Below, one piece after another: positions 50,519 to 61,244 of a DNA stretch of 64,000 nt. Under the pieces are notes generated by a model. It worked only from the letters and a program-made list of their open reading frames with translations. It searched no databases and was not told the DNA's origin. The stretch spans positions 21,660 through 85,659 of the forward strand of contig JACRDC010000049.1 of NCBI GenBank assembly GCA_016218705.1. Direction: 5' to 3'. This DNA is from Desulfarculus sp. GTDB taxonomy: Bacteria; Desulfobacterota; Desulfarculia; Desulfarculales; Desulfarculaceae. Each line of letters opens with the position of its first letter. Position 1 is the first letter of the stretch. The translations under genes were made by a program, and so were the position numbers.

Positions 50519-51085
50519 ATGGCGCGGCCCGACCTGATCCTCATGGGTCGGGCCTCGGGGGCCTTCGGACTCAAGGGCGAGATCAGGGTCTTCTCCCACG
50601 GCCGCGACCCGGAGGTCTTCCGGCGGGCCGGGCGGGTGTACCTGGGGCCCAACCCCGAGGCGGCCCGCCCCCTGACCCTGGTCTCCCTGCGCGAGCACGG
50701 CGGCCGCCTGCTGCTCACCACCCGCGAGGTGAGCGACCGCACCCAGGCCCAGGCCCAGGCCGGGGCCTGGGTGTACCTGGAGCGCGCGGCGCTCAAGCCC
50801 CTGGACCAGGACGAGTACTACTGGTACCAGCTCAAGGGCGCCCTGGTGGTGGACAAAGAGGGGCGGGAGCTGGGCCGGGTGGTCCAGGTGGGCGACCTGG
50901 GCGCCCACGACCTGTTGCTAGTACGGGCCGAGGATGGTAAAGAGGCCCTGATCCCGGTGGTGGAGGGCGTGGTGCTGACCGTGGACCCTCTGGCGGGCCT
51001 GGTCAGGGTGGACCCGCCCCCGGGGCTATTGGAGGCCCAGGGCTGGCCCGAGGACCCCGAGGGACCAGAGGGCAAGGCCCCATGA
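50519..51085 (+). CDS. rimM: Ribosome maturation factor RimM
   Basis: FGLKGE, DEYYW..L.G, LIP, PPGLL. Confidence 0.93.
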   Translation: MARPDLILMGRASGAFGLKGEIRVFSHGRDPEVFRRAGRVYLGPNPEAARPLTLVSLREHGGRLLLTTREVSDRTQAQAQAGAWVYLERAALKPLDQDEYYWYQLKGALVVDKEGRELGRVVQVGDLGAHDLLLVRAEDGKEALIPVVEGVVLTVDPLAGLVRVDPPPGLLEAQGWPEDPEGPEGKAP

Positions 51086-51846
51086 TTTTTGACATAGTCA
51101 CCCTGCTGCCCGAGGTGTGCCAGGCCTACTGCCAGGCCTCGATCCTGGGCCGGGCGGTCAAGGCGGGGCTGATAGAGGTGCGGCTGACCAACCCGCGCGA
51201 CTTCGCCCCTGACCGCCACCGCACCGTGGACGACGTGCCCTACGGCGGCGGCGACGGCATGGTGATGATGCCCGGGCCTTTGGTGGCCGCCCTGGAGGGT
51301 TTGCCCCAGGGGCCGCCGGCGCGGGTGATCTTGCTCTCGCCCCGGGGACGGCCCTTTGACCAGGCCAAGGCCCGCCAGTTGGCCGGGCTGGAGCGCCTAG
51401 TGCTGGTCTGCGGCCGCTACGAGGGCGTGGACGAGCGGGTGCGCCAGTTGGCCGTGGACGAGGAACTGAGCCTGGGCGACTTCGTGCTCTGCGGCGGTGA
51501 GTTGGCGGCCTTGGCGGTGCTGGAGGCCGTCAGCCGGCTTCTGCCCGGGGTGCTGGGCGGGGCCGATTCGGCGGTGGCGGACAGCTTCAGCGACGGGCTG
51601 CTGGAGCACCCCCACTACACCAGGCCCCCCGAGTTCCGGGGCCTGACGGTGCCCGAGGTGCTCCTCAGCGGCCACCACGGGGCCATCGCCCGCTGGCGGC
51701 GCAAGGAGTCCATCCGGCGCACCCTGCTGGCCCGCCCCGAGCTGCTGGCCGTGGCGGACCTGACCAGCGCCCTGGACCAGCGGCTGTTGGCCGAGGTCAG
51801 GCAAGAGGAAGATATCCCATGGGCCCCCCCGGGGGACCGGACGTAG
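51082..51846 (+). CDS. trmD: tRNA (guanine-N1)-methyltransferase
   Basis: [30 protein letters not shown]. Confidence 0.97.
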   Translation: MIFDIVTLLPEVCQAYCQASILGRAVKAGLIEVRLTNPRDFAPDRHRTVDDVPYGGGDGMVMMPGPLVAALEGLPQGPPARVILLSPRGRPFDQAKARQLAGLERLVLVCGRYEGVDERVRQLAVDEELSLGDFVLCGGELAALAVLEAVSRLLPGVLGGADSAVADSFSDGLLEHPHYTRPPEFRGLTVPEVLLSGHHGAIARWRRKESIRRTLLARPELLAVADLTSALDQRLLAEVRQEEDIPWAPPGDRT

Positions 51847-51911
51847 GCTAGATTACCATCAGGCCCCGGGCCTTTGGCGGCGCCGGCTGGCCTTGTGCAA
51901 GGAGACGAACC

Positions 51912-52259
51912 ATGGATGCCAGGGAGATGATCGCGCTCGAGCAGATGCGTGTGGACATGCCCGAGTTTCGCGCTGGCGACACCGTCAAGGTGCACGTGCG
52001 CATCAAGGAGGGCGAGAAGGAGCGCCTGCAGGTCTTCGAGGGCGTGGTGATGCGCCGCCGGGGAGACGGCATGGGCGCCTCCTTCACGGTGCGCAAGGTT
52101 TCCTACGGCGTGGGGGTGGAGCGCATCTTCCCCCTGCACTCGCCGATCATTGACCACGTGGACCTGATTACCCAGGGCCGCGTGCGCCAGGGGCGCATCT
52201 ACTACCTGCGCGCCCTGCGCGGCAAAGCCGCCCGCATCAAGGAGAAGAAGCGGGTCTAG
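51912..52259 (+). CDS. rplS: 50S ribosomal protein L19
   Basis: [25 protein letters not shown]. Confidence 0.98.
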   Translation: MDAREMIALEQMRVDMPEFRAGDTVKVHVRIKEGEKERLQVFEGVVMRRRGDGMGASFTVRKVSYGVGVERIFPLHSPIIDHVDLITQGRVRQGRIYYLRALRGKAARIKEKKRV

Positions 52260-52262
52260 CCC

Positions 52263-52907
52263 ATGGCCCCCGGCCGCCCGCGGCGCGCCCGCGGCCTGGA
52301 CGGCCAGGCCGAGGCGGACCTGCGCGCCCAGGGCTATGCCCTGGTGGCCGGGGTGGACGAGGTGGGGCGCGGGCCCTTGGCTGGGCCGGTGGTGGCCGCG
52401 GCGGTGATCCTGCCCGCCGGCTGGGACGACCCCGGCGTGGACGACTCCAAGCGCCTGCCCGCGCCCACGCGCCAGCGCCTGGCCATGCACATCCGGGCCA
52501 CGGCCCTGGCCTGGGGCCTGGGCCTAGTGGAGCCGGTGGAGATTGACCGCCTGAACATCCACCAGGCCAGCCTCCTGGCCATGGGCCGGGCGGTAAAGGC
52601 CCTGGGGCGGCGGCCGGATTATCTCTTGGTGGACGGGCGCTTCATGCTGGACATGGCCATCGCCCAGCGGGCGGTGGTGGGGGGCGACGGGGCAATAGCC
52701 TCGGTGGCGGCGGCCAGCATACTGGCCAAGGTTCACCGCGACGGCCTGATGGAGGGCTGGCATCAAGAGTGGCCGGCCTACAACTTCGCGGCCAACAAGG
52801 GCTACGGCACCGCCGAGCACCGCCAGGCCCTGAAGGCCCACGGCCCCTGCCCCCTGCACCGCAAGAGCTTCGCGCCGGTGGCCCAGTTGGAGCTGGGCCT
52901 TGCCTGA
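52263..52907 (+). CDS. rnhB: Ribonuclease HII
   Basis: AGVDEVGRGPLAGPV, DSKRL, AAASILAKV, KGYGT. Confidence 0.96.
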   Translation: MAPGRPRRARGLDGQAEADLRAQGYALVAGVDEVGRGPLAGPVVAAAVILPAGWDDPGVDDSKRLPAPTRQRLAMHIRATALAWGLGLVEPVEIDRLNIHQASLLAMGRAVKALGRRPDYLLVDGRFMLDMAIAQRAVVGGDGAIASVAAASILAKVHRDGLMEGWHQEWPAYNFAANKGYGTAEHRQALKAHGPCPLHRKSFAPVAQLELGLA

Positions 52908-53283
52908 GACCAGGCCGGCCGGCCTGGGCCAGGCCCGGGGCCGCGCCGCCGAGGACCTGGCCCGCCGGCACCTGGAGCAGGCGGGCCTGCGGGTGGTGGC
53001 GGCCAACCGCCGCACTACCGGCGGCGAGCTGGATTTGGTGGCTTGGGAAGGGCCGGTGCTAGTCTTCGTGGAGGTGAAGGGCCGCGCCCTGGGCCACCCC
53101 GGAGCGCCCGAGGAGGCCGTGGACCGGCGCAAGCGGCAACGGATCGTGGCGGCCGCCCAGGCCTACCTGGCGGGCCTCCAGGGGCCGGAGCCTGTCTGCC
53201 GCTTCGATGTGGTGGCGGTGGATTTCGCCGGGGGCCGGGCCAGCCTGCGCCACTTGCGCGACGCCTTTAGGCTGGGGGACTAG
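52900..53283 (+). CDS. yraN: YraN family nuclease
   Basis: GELDLV, VFVEVK, RFDVV. Confidence 0.9.
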   Translation: MPETRPAGLGQARGRAAEDLARRHLEQAGLRVVAANRRTTGGELDLVAWEGPVLVFVEVKGRALGHPGAPEEAVDRRKRQRIVAAAQAYLAGLQGPEPVCRFDVVAVDFAGGRASLRHLRDAFRLGD

Positions 53284-53285
53284 CC

Positions 53286-54461
53286 ATGTCCACCCTGTAC
53301 GTGGTGGCCACGCCCATAGGCAACCTGGAGGACCTCACCCCCCGGGCGGCCAGGATATTGGGCGAGGTACCGGTGGTGGCCGCCGAAAGCCTGGCCCGGG
53401 GCAAGAAGCTCCTCAGCCACCTGGGCCTGAAGGGCAAGCGGGTCATCTCCTGCCGGGAGGCCAACCGCCGCCGGGCCGCGGCGCAGGTGGTGCAGGCCCT
53501 GGAGGAAGGCCACGACGTGGCCCTTATCAGCGACGCCGGCACCCCGGGGGTCAGCGACCCGGGGGTGGCGGTGGTGCAGGCCGTGGCCGCATCTGGACAC
53601 CGCCTGTGCCCAGTGGCCGGGCCCAGCGCCCTGGCCGCTAGCCTGAGCGTGGCCGGTCTGCCCGGGGCGCCCCTGGTCTTTTTGGGCTTCGCGCCAGCCA
53701 AGCCCGGGGCGCGTAAAAAACTTTTGGAGCGGGCCGCCTCGACCGGCTGGACCTTCGCGCTGTTTGAGGCGCCCCACCGCCTGGCCGAGACCGCCGCCGG
53801 CCTGGTGGAGGTGGTGGGAGGCGAGCGGCCGGTGGTCATGGCCCGGGAGCTGACCAAGCTGCACGAGGAGGTGGTGCACACCACCTGCCAGGAACTGGCC
53901 GAATTGGCCAGGAGCAATCAGGCCCGGGGTGAGATAACCTTGGTGGTGGCCGGCGGCCCCAGCCAAGAAGTAGAGCAGGAGCAGGCCGGCCAGGTGGGCC
54001 GGCTATTGGCCCAGGGCATGCAAGAGGGCCAGCCGCCCAGCCGCCTGGCCAAACAGGTGGCCCAGCAGACCGGCCAGCCCCGCGAGGCGGTTTACCGCCG
54101 GCTATTGGAATTGAAACAGGCGCGGCCAGAGCAGGGTTCAGCGACAAGGACCGAACCAGTGGAATCATCGGGCGCAATCAAGTGTGACGACGACGTCCTC
54201 CAGTGCCAACTGGAGGTGAACAACAGCCTGGGTCTGCACGCCCGCGTGGCCGCGCGCATCGCCGAGACGGTGCAGCGCTACGACTGCCAGGTGGTGCTGT
54301 GCAAGGACGGCCTGGAGGCCGACGGGGCCAGCGTGCTCTCCATCCTGGCCCTGGACGCCCCCCTGGGCAGCCTTATTACCGTGCAGGCCAAGGGCAAGGC
54401 CGCCCGCCAGGCCCTTCAGGCCCTGGAAGGGCTGTTCGCGGGCTCCTTCGGAGAGAACTGA
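53286..54461 (+). CDS. rsmI: 16S rRNA C1402 2'-O-methyltransferase RsmI fused in frame to an HPr domain
   Basis: LYVVATPIGNLED, SDAGTP.VSDPG, ARELTK.HEE, then no stop before NSLGLHAR HPr domain. Confidence 0.9.
   Translation: MSTLYVVATPIGNLEDLTPRAARILGEVPVVAAESLARGKKLLSHLGLKGKRVISCREANRRRAAAQVVQALEEGHDVALISDAGTPGVSDPGVAVVQAVAASGHRLCPVAGPSALAASLSVAGLPGAPLVFLGFAPAKPGARKKLLERAASTGWTFALFEAPHRLAETAAGLVEVVGGERPVVMARELTKLHEEVVHTTCQELAELARSNQARGEITLVVAGGPSQEVEQEQAGQVGRLLAQGMQEGQPPSRLAKQVAQQTGQPREAVYRRLLELKQARPEQGSATRTEPVESSGAIKCDDDVLQCQLEVNNSLGLHARVAARIAETVQRYDCQVVLCKDGLEADGASVLSILALDAPLGSLITVQAKGKAARQALQALEGLFAGSFGEN
54159..54461 (+). CDS. ptsH: HPr phosphocarrier (possible internal in-frame start)
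   Basis: GLHAR active-site His, DGASVL Ser46 equivalent; AAGGA 8 nt before in-frame GTG at 54159. Confidence 0.75.
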   Translation: MESSGAIKCDDDVLQCQLEVNNSLGLHARVAARIAETVQRYDCQVVLCKDGLEADGASVLSILALDAPLGSLITVQAKGKAARQALQALEGLFAGSFGEN

Positions 54462-56233
54462 TGGCCAGCGGGGAGGAGCGCGTTCTGCACGGCGTGGGGG
54501 CCTCGCCGGGCATCAGCATCGGCCGGGCCATGGCCGTGCCGCGCCATCCCGTGCAGGTGGCCTACCGCCCACTACAGGACCAAACCGAGGCCGAGGCCGA
54601 GGTCACCCGCTTCGAGGTGGCCCTGCAGGCCACCCACGACGACCTGGCCACCGCCCGCGACGACCTCTCCGCCGCCCTGGCCGACTACTCCTACATCATC
54701 GAGGCCCACCTGCTGATCCTCAAGGATCGCATGATTAAGGACCGCACGGCCCAGATCATACGCCAGCAGCGCCTCAACGCCGAGTGGGCCCTATCCCAGG
54801 CCGTGAGCGAGGCCAAGGTCTTTTTCCAGAAGATCAAGGACGACTACATCCGCTCGCGCTTCACCGACGTGGAGTACGTCACCGACCAGGTGCTGCGCCA
54901 CCTCTCGGGCCAGGAGGGCTCGGCGCTCTCGGCCATCCGCGAAAAGGTCATCGTGGTGGCCCACGACCTGTCGCCGGCCGACACCACCCAGATGGACCTG
55001 GACTGGGTCATGGGCTTTGTCACCGACATGGGCGGCCCCACCAGCCACACGGCCATCATGGCCCAGGCCAAGGCCCTGCCGGCGGTGTTGGGCCTGGAGC
55101 GGGTGAGCCTGGAGGTCAAAAGCGGCGACTTCCTCATCGTGGACGGCTCGGCCGGGGTGGTGGTGATAAACCCCGACGACGAGACCCTGCACTACTACCG
55201 CGACAAGCAGGAGGCCTACGAGCTCTACGCCCAGGAGATACTGGCCCAGGCCCATCTGCCGGCCGAGACCCTGGACGGCCACCCCGTGGACGTGGGCGCC
55301 AACATCGAGCTGGCCGAGGAGGTGGGCATGGTGCTGGGCTACGGCGCCGAGTCCATCGGCCTGTACCGCACCGAGTTCTTCTACATCAGCCAGAAGACCA
55401 CTCCCAGCGAGGACGAACTTTTCCACAATTTTAGGGCCGTGGCCCAGCGCCTGGGCGGCCGGCCGGTGAACATCCGCACCCTCGACATCGGCGGCGACAA
55501 GTTCGCCAGCTCGGTGGATTTGGCCCCGGAGATCAACCCCGCCCTGGGGCTAAGGGCCATCCGTTTCTGCCTCAAGGAGAAGGACCTGTTCCTGGACCAG
55601 CTCAGGGCCGTGCTCAGGGCCTCGGCCTTCGGCCGGGTGCGGGTGCTCTTCCCCCTCATCTCGGGGGTGGAGGAGCTGGTGCAGGCCAAGGAGCTTCTGG
55701 AGCGGGCCAAGGCCCAACTGGTGCGGCGGGGCCAGTCCTTCGACCCCAAGCTGGAGACGGGCATCATGATCGAGGTGCCCTCGGCCGTGGCCATAGCCGA
55801 CCTGCTGGCCCGCCACTGCGACTATTTCTCCATCGGCACCAACGACCTTATCCAGTATTCCCTGGCCATTGACCGGGTCAACGAGCACGTGGCCCACCTG
55901 TACCAGCCCCTGCACCCGGCGGTCTTGCGCATGATCCAGATGGTGGTGCGGGCCGGGCACCAGGCGGGCATCAAGGTGGCCATGTGCGGCGAGATGGCCG
56001 GCGACCAGAGGGCCGTGCCCCTCTTGTTGGGCCTGGGCCTGGACTACCTGTCCCTTAACGCCCTGGGCATCCCCCGGGTCAAGCAGATGGTGCGCATGAC
56101 CAACCGCGCCACCTGGCAGAAACTGGCCAAGCGGGCGCTCTCCTTCGCCACCGCCGCCGAGGTCAGCGCCTTCATGGATCAGGAACTCCGGCGCCACTTC
56201 CCCAAGGTCTTCAGCGCCGAGCCGGCTAAGTAG
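54461..56233 (+). CDS. ptsI: PEP-protein phosphotransferase (PTS enzyme I)
   Basis: TSHTAI phospho-His, [29 protein letters not shown]. Confidence 0.96.
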   Translation: MASGEERVLHGVGASPGISIGRAMAVPRHPVQVAYRPLQDQTEAEAEVTRFEVALQATHDDLATARDDLSAALADYSYIIEAHLLILKDRMIKDRTAQIIRQQRLNAEWALSQAVSEAKVFFQKIKDDYIRSRFTDVEYVTDQVLRHLSGQEGSALSAIREKVIVVAHDLSPADTTQMDLDWVMGFVTDMGGPTSHTAIMAQAKALPAVLGLERVSLEVKSGDFLIVDGSAGVVVINPDDETLHYYRDKQEAYELYAQEILAQAHLPAETLDGHPVDVGANIELAEEVGMVLGYGAESIGLYRTEFFYISQKTTPSEDELFHNFRAVAQRLGGRPVNIRTLDIGGDKFASSVDLAPEINPALGLRAIRFCLKEKDLFLDQLRAVLRASAFGRVRVLFPLISGVEELVQAKELLERAKAQLVRRGQSFDPKLETGIMIEVPSAVAIADLLARHCDYFSIGTNDLIQYSLAIDRVNEHVAHLYQPLHPAVLRMIQMVVRAGHQAGIKVAMCGEMAGDQRAVPLLLGLGLDYLSLNALGIPRVKQMVRMTNRATWQKLAKRALSFATAAEVSAFMDQELRRHFPKVFSAEPAK

Positions 56234-56286
56234 TCCCCTGGGGCCGGCCGGCCCAACAGCATACCAAACCAGGACGGGTGGCAGGC

Positions 56287-56748
56287 ATGGCCGAACAGGG
56301 CATCAAGCTCGTGGCCAAGAACAAGAAGGCGCGCTTCAACTACGAGTTGGGCGACCGCCTGGAGGCCGGGCTGGTGCTCAGCGGCACCGAGGTCAAGTCC
56401 CTGCGCCTGGGCAAGGCCAACCTCACCGACTCCTACGCCAAGATCAAGGACGGCGAGGCCTGGCTGATAAGCTGCCACATCAGCGCCTATCCCTTTGCCC
56501 ACTACGACAACCACGACCCCGAGCGCCCCCGCAAGTTGCTCTTGCACGGCCGTGAGATCCGCCGCCTGGACGCCAAGCTCTCCGAGCAGGGCTACAGCCT
56601 CATCCCCCTGGCCATCTACTTCAAGAACGGCAAGGCCAAGGTGGAACTGGCCCTGGCCAAGGGCAAGAAGCTCTTCGACAAGCGCCAGGCCATCAAGGAG
56701 CGCGAGCAGAACCGCGACGTGGCCCGCGCCATGAGGCGTGAAAGGTAA
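56287..56748 (+). CDS. smpB: SsrA-binding protein
   Basis: [38 protein letters not shown]. Confidence 0.98.
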   Translation: MAEQGIKLVAKNKKARFNYELGDRLEAGLVLSGTEVKSLRLGKANLTDSYAKIKDGEAWLISCHISAYPFAHYDNHDPERPRKLLLHGREIRRLDAKLSEQGYSLIPLAIYFKNGKAKVELALAKGKKLFDKRQAIKEREQNRDVARAMRRER

Positions 56749-56763
56749 ACCGGAGGCGGCGCC

Positions 56764-57758
56764 ATGCGCATCGGCATCATGCTGCGCCATCTGGATGAAA
56801 AGGGCGGCATCGTCACCTACACCTAGAACTTGCTGAAAAGCTTCCTGCGCCTGGCGCCCCAGCACCATTTCGCCCTGTTCTACGCATCAAACTACCTCCT
56901 GTGCCCTTACCACGCACCCAATGTCAGCGAGCACCTGCTGCCAGCCCGGGGCAAGTTCGCCTGGGACCAGTGGGCCGTGCTCCGCCTGGCTGCGGCCCTG
57001 GACCTGGATTTGATCTTCAACCCCTAGCTCAGCGTGCCCCTGTACTGCCGGGCGGCGGCGCGCATCCTGGCCCCTGCCGCCCAGGCGGCCCAGGACATCG
57101 CGCGCTTCGTGGGCTCCGGTCCCCGCAAAACCGTGTGGGTGCACGAGGGCTGCGGTGACCATTTCTTCGCGCCCGGCCCCAGGCCGGAAATCCTGGCCGA
57201 GGTGCGCCAGCGCTACAACCTGCCGGAGCGCTAGGTGCTCTTCGTGGGCGGCATCACCCTCTTGAAAAACTTCGAGCGCTTGATGGAAGCATTTGCCAGG
57301 GTGCATGAGCGTCAGGCCATCCCCCTGGTGGTGGTGGGCTTCAACCGCTGGCGCTTTGAGAACGACCTGGCCTTCGCCAAGTCCCACCGGGCCTCGGCGC
57401 ACATCCTGTTCCCCAGCTTCGTGGCCGACGAGGCTATGCCCCAGGTGTACCGAATGGCGAGCTGCCTGTTTTTCCCCAGCATATACGAAGGTTTCGGCAT
57501 ACCGGTCCCCGAGGCCTTCGCCACGGGCTGCCCGGTGGTCACCACCAATCGCGGCTGCACCTCCGAGGTGGCCGGCGGCGCCGCCCACCTGGTGGATCCC
57601 TTTGACGTGGAAGACATGGCCCAGGGCCTGGAACTGGTGCTCTCCGACCAAGCCTATTGCCAGGAGCTCATCGCCCGTGGCCGGGCACGCCCCCCCACTT
57701 CCGCTTCGACCGCTGCGCCCGTCAACCCCTGGATATATTCGAGCAAATACTTCACTAA
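56764..57758 (+). pseudogene. Glycosyltransferase family 4 pseudogene
   Basis: One frame from ATG 56764 with in-frame TAGs at 56824, 57025, 57232; FPSIYEGFGIP..EA GT4 motif; 3' frameshift near C run at 57690 hides ...FRFDRCARQ..DIFEQILH*. Confidence 0.82.
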
Positions 57759-57883
57759 GCTTCCTAACCGCCGCGGCCCACGGGCCTCGCTGGCTGCCCC
57801 CTGGGGAATCAGCCGGGAGCCCTTACGACAATGTCAAACATATCAAGGCACTAATTATATGCTCCCCCCGGGGGGAGTTATGG

Positions 57884-57912
57884 TTGACAGCCCTGACCGG
57901 GGGCGATATATT
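57884..57912 (+). promoter_or_regulatory. Sigma70 promoter of mnmA-rrf2 cluster
   Basis: TTGACA-17 bp-TATATT. Confidence 0.7.
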
Positions 57913-57968
57913 TGATTCTCCTTAATCGCCATTATATTTGTATGGAATGGCGAGGGAGAGTATCGGGC

Positions 57969-59018
57969 TTGGCAAGGATCGCGGTGGCCCTGAGCGGCGG
58001 CGTGGACTCGGCAATGGCCGCCTGGCTCCTGGGCCGCCAGGGTCATGAGGTGGTGGGCCTGAGCTTAAGTCTGGGCCAGGGCCGTGACGAGGCGCCTGGG
58101 GCCGGCGGGGCGGTGGCCCGGCAAATGGGTCTGGAGCACCAAGTGGTGCCGGCCCAGCGGGAGTTCGCGGACCTGGTGGTGCGCCCCAGCCTGGAGGCCT
58201 ACGCCAGGGGCACCACCCCCAACCCCTGCGCCCGCTGCAACGCCCGGGTCAAGTTTCCGCTCCTGTGGCGGGCGGCCCAGGACCTGGGTTGCGGGGCCCT
58301 GGCCACCGGGCACTACGCGCGCCTGGTGGAGGACACCACCGGCCGCCGGCTGGCCGAGGCCAGCCACCGGGGCAAGAGCCAGGCCTATTTTCTGGCCCGC
58401 CTGGACCAGGAGATGCTGGGCCGGTTGGTTTTTCCCCTGGGCGAGTTGAGCAAGCCCCAGGTGCGGGACATGGCCCGCCAGGCCGGCCTGGAGGCGGCCC
58501 AGCGCCCCGAGAGCCAGGACGCCTGCTTTTTGCCGCCTGGCGGTTGGGACGAGTTGATGGCCGCCCACGGCCTGGTCAGGCCGGGCACGGTGGAGGACCA
58601 GGCGGGCAGGGTGCTAGCCACCCACGGGGGCCTGCACCGCTTCACCATCGGTCAGCGCCGGGGCCTGGGGGTGGCCTTGGGCCAGCCGGCCTATGTGCTA
58701 GCCCTGGACGGGCCGCGCGCGGCGGTGCGGGTGGGACCGGCCCCGGGTCTTTTCTGCCAGGGCCTGTGGGGCGCCGCGCCCCGCTGGTTCGCCCCGCCCC
58801 CCCAGGGCGACGGCCTGACGGTGCGGATGCGCTACGCCCACCAGGGGGTGGGCTGCCGGGTTGGCGAGGAAGGCGAAAGGCTCCGGGTGGACTTCCTGGA
58901 GCCCCAGAGGGCCGTGGCTCCCGGACAACTGGCGGTGTTTTTCCACCGCGGCGAGGTCTGGGGCTCGGCCTGGATAACCGAGGCCATACACTTAAAAAAC
59001 AACGGGATAACTTCATGA
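57969..59018 (+). CDS. mnmA: tRNA 2-thiouridine(34) synthase
   Basis: SGGVDS, PNPCARCN, ATGHY, ESQDACF, FTIGQRRGLG, PGQ; start codon uncertain (57942 or 57969). Confidence 0.92.
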   Translation: MARIAVALSGGVDSAMAAWLLGRQGHEVVGLSLSLGQGRDEAPGAGGAVARQMGLEHQVVPAQREFADLVVRPSLEAYARGTTPNPCARCNARVKFPLLWRAAQDLGCGALATGHYARLVEDTTGRRLAEASHRGKSQAYFLARLDQEMLGRLVFPLGELSKPQVRDMARQAGLEAAQRPESQDACFLPPGGWDELMAAHGLVRPGTVEDQAGRVLATHGGLHRFTIGQRRGLGVALGQPAYVLALDGPRAAVRVGPAPGLFCQGLWGAAPRWFAPPPQGDGLTVRMRYAHQGVGCRVGEEGERLRVDFLEPQRAVAPGQLAVFFHRGEVWGSAWITEAIHLKNNGITS

Positions 59019-59473
59019 AGCTTTCCACCAGAGGACGATACGGCGTGCGGGCCATGCTGGAACTGGCCCTTAACAACGGCAAAGGCCCGGTGCCCCTGCG
59101 CGACCTGGCCCTGCGTCAGGAAATATCAGCCAAGTACCTTGAGCAACTTCTCATCCCCTTGAAGGGCGCTGGCCTGGTCAAGAGCGTGCGCGGGGCGCGC
59201 GGGGGCTACCAGTTGGCCCTGGAGCCGGCCAAGATTTCCCTCTACGACATCGTGCGCAGCCTGGAAGGCCCCTTGGCCCCCGTGGAGTGCGTGCAGGACG
59301 CCAACTACTGCGAGCGCGTGGGCGGCTGCACCGTGCACCTGGTCTGGGGCGAGATGGGCCGTCTGTTGGTGGACTACCTAAGCAGCATGACCCTGGCCGA
59401 CATGGTGGCCAGGCAGCACGAAAAAGACCGAATGTGCCAGCCCTCCTCCCCGGGCCTGGCCGTGGCCCAGTAG
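59015..59473 (+). CDS. Rrf2 family regulator with three Cys (IscR-like)
   Basis: MKLSTRGRYG, YLEQL, SVRGARGGY, C-x6-C-x5-C. Confidence 0.93.
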   Translation: MKLSTRGRYGVRAMLELALNNGKGPVPLRDLALRQEISAKYLEQLLIPLKGAGLVKSVRGARGGYQLALEPAKISLYDIVRSLEGPLAPVECVQDANYCERVGGCTVHLVWGEMGRLLVDYLSSMTLADMVARQHEKDRMCQPSSPGLAVAQ

Positions 59474-59576
59474 CACCCCCACAACCAGATAGCCTTTTGT
59501 AGGAATAGTCCCGCCGGCGGCCACCCACGGGCGGCCCGGCGGCGGGACTCACCGCCGCTGGCAGGGAGAGTGGACA

Positions 59577-60752
59577 ATGCTAAGGACCATTGACGAGATC
59601 AATGCCAAAATAAAGACCGGCAAAGTAGTAGTGTATACCGCCGAGGAGGTGGTCGGCCTGGTCAAGGAAAAGGGCGTGGCCCAGGCAGCCCGCGAGGTGG
59701 ACGTGGTCACCACCGGCACCTTCGGCCCCATGTGCTCCTCCGGCGCCTACTTCAACATCAAGCAGTCCACCCCCAAGATCAAATGCGGCGGCGGGCGGGT
59801 GTCCTTGGGCGGCGTGCCGGTCTACGCCGGCTGGGCGGCGGCCGATCTCTACCTGGGTTGCACCGCTTTACCCGACGAGGACCCGCGCAACGCCGTGTAC
59901 CCTGGCCTGTTCAAGTACGGCGGGGCCCATGTCATCGAGGACCTGGTCAGCGGCCGCAAGGTCAAGCTGACGGCCCAGGCCTATGGCACCGACTGCTACC
60001 CCCGCAAGGAGTATGTCACCGAACTGGGCCTGGCGGACTTCAACAGCGCGGTGATGTTCAACCCCCGCAACGGCTACCAGCTCTACAACGTGGCAGTCAA
60101 CCTGGGCGAGCGCACCATCTACACCTACATGGGCGTGCTGCGCCCCCGCCTGGGCAACGCCAACTACTCCACGGCCGGGTCCTTGAGCCCCCTGCTCAAG
60201 GACCCCCAGTTGCGCACCGTGGGCCTGGGCAGCCGCATCTTCATGGGCGGCGCCGAGGGCTACGTGGTCTGGCCGGGCACCCAGCACGTGCCCGAGCCCC
60301 AGCGCGACGCCAACGGCCTGCCCCTGACCCCCTCGGCCACCCTGGCCCTCATGGGCGACCTGAAGCAGATGAGCCCGCGCTTTTTGCGCGCCGCCTCCTT
60401 CACCGGCTACGGCGCCACCCTCTCGGTGGGCTTTGGGCTGCCCATCCCGGTGCTGGACGAGCAGGTCATGGCCCAGGCGGCCATCGGCGACGAGGAGATC
60501 ACCTATCCCATCATTGACTACTGCGAGGCCTACCCCCTGGGCCGGCCGGGCAGTCTGGGACGGGTCTCCATGGCCGAGCTGATGAGCGGGCAGATCGAGG
60601 TGGAGGGCAAGAAGGTGCCCACCGGCGGCCTGGCCAGCCGGGCGCGCGCCCGCGAGGTGGCGGGCGAGCTGAAAGAGCGCATCGCCCAGGGGCGCTTCTT
60701 CCTCACCCGGCCGGTGGCGCCCCTGCCCGGGGCCCAACTAATCGAGGGCTGA
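59577..60752 (+). CDS. L-aspartate semialdehyde sulfurtransferase (DUF39, MA1821-like homocysteine biosynthesis)
   Basis: RTIDEINAKI, VDVVTTGTFGPMCSSG, YGGAHVIEDL, GTDCYPR, PRN.YQ. Confidence 0.9.
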   Translation: MLRTIDEINAKIKTGKVVVYTAEEVVGLVKEKGVAQAAREVDVVTTGTFGPMCSSGAYFNIKQSTPKIKCGGGRVSLGGVPVYAGWAAADLYLGCTALPDEDPRNAVYPGLFKYGGAHVIEDLVSGRKVKLTAQAYGTDCYPRKEYVTELGLADFNSAVMFNPRNGYQLYNVAVNLGERTIYTYMGVLRPRLGNANYSTAGSLSPLLKDPQLRTVGLGSRIFMGGAEGYVVWPGTQHVPEPQRDANGLPLTPSATLALMGDLKQMSPRFLRAASFTGYGATLSVGFGLPIPVLDEQVMAQAAIGDEEITYPIIDYCEAYPLGRPGSLGRVSMAELMSGQIEVEGKKVPTGGLASRARAREVAGELKERIAQGRFFLTRPVAPLPGAQLIEG

Positions 60753-60833
60753 CAAGCCGGCCGCGAACGCTATCGCCAACGCGCCCGCTGGCCCACCAAG
60801 GCCACCGGGCGGCAAACCTACGAGGTCACGACC

Positions 60834-61241
60834 ATGGTCAAGAAGAAACTGGTCATCAGCTTCCCCCCCCGGCTCATCCAGGAGCCGGTCACCTATCACC
60901 TGATCCGCGACTATGACCTGCAGGTCAACATCCTGCGGGCCACCGTGCGCCCCCGCGAGCGCGGCCGCATGGTGGTGGAGATCAAGGGCGAGAAGAAGAA
61001 CCTGGACCGGGCCTTTGAGTACATGGAGAGCGTGGGCCTGCAGGTGGACCCGTTGGTGCAGGAGATGCGCTACTACCCCGAGCGTTGCGTGCACTGCACG
61101 GCCTGCACCGCGGTCTGCCCCACCGAGGCGCTCACCGTGGACCCGGCCAGCCGCGAGCTGGTCTTCGATGCCAGCCACTGCATCATCTGCGAGTCCTGCA
61201 TCCCGGCCTGCTCCTACGCGGCCATAGAAAGCCAGTTCTAG
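60834..61241 (+). CDS. NIL-domain ferredoxin (MA1822-like partner)
   Basis: VNILRA NIL domain plus CVHCTACTAVCP and CIICESCIPAC. Confidence 0.9.
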   Translation: MVKKKLVISFPPRLIQEPVTYHLIRDYDLQVNILRATVRPRERGRMVVEIKGEKKNLDRAFEYMESVGLQVDPLVQEMRYYPERCVHCTACTAVCPTEALTVDPASRELVFDASHCIICESCIPACSYAAIESQF

Positions 61242-61244
61242 CCA

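Noticed and set aside
56824..57234. Genome-wide TAG recoding
   Set aside because: TAG terminates many conserved genes here at the expected position (dsrA, dsrB, dsrD, rplS)
56749..57900. tmRNA (ssrA) next to smpB
   Set aside because: No tRNA-like ends or tag-peptide frame recognised; the region is the GT4 pseudogene
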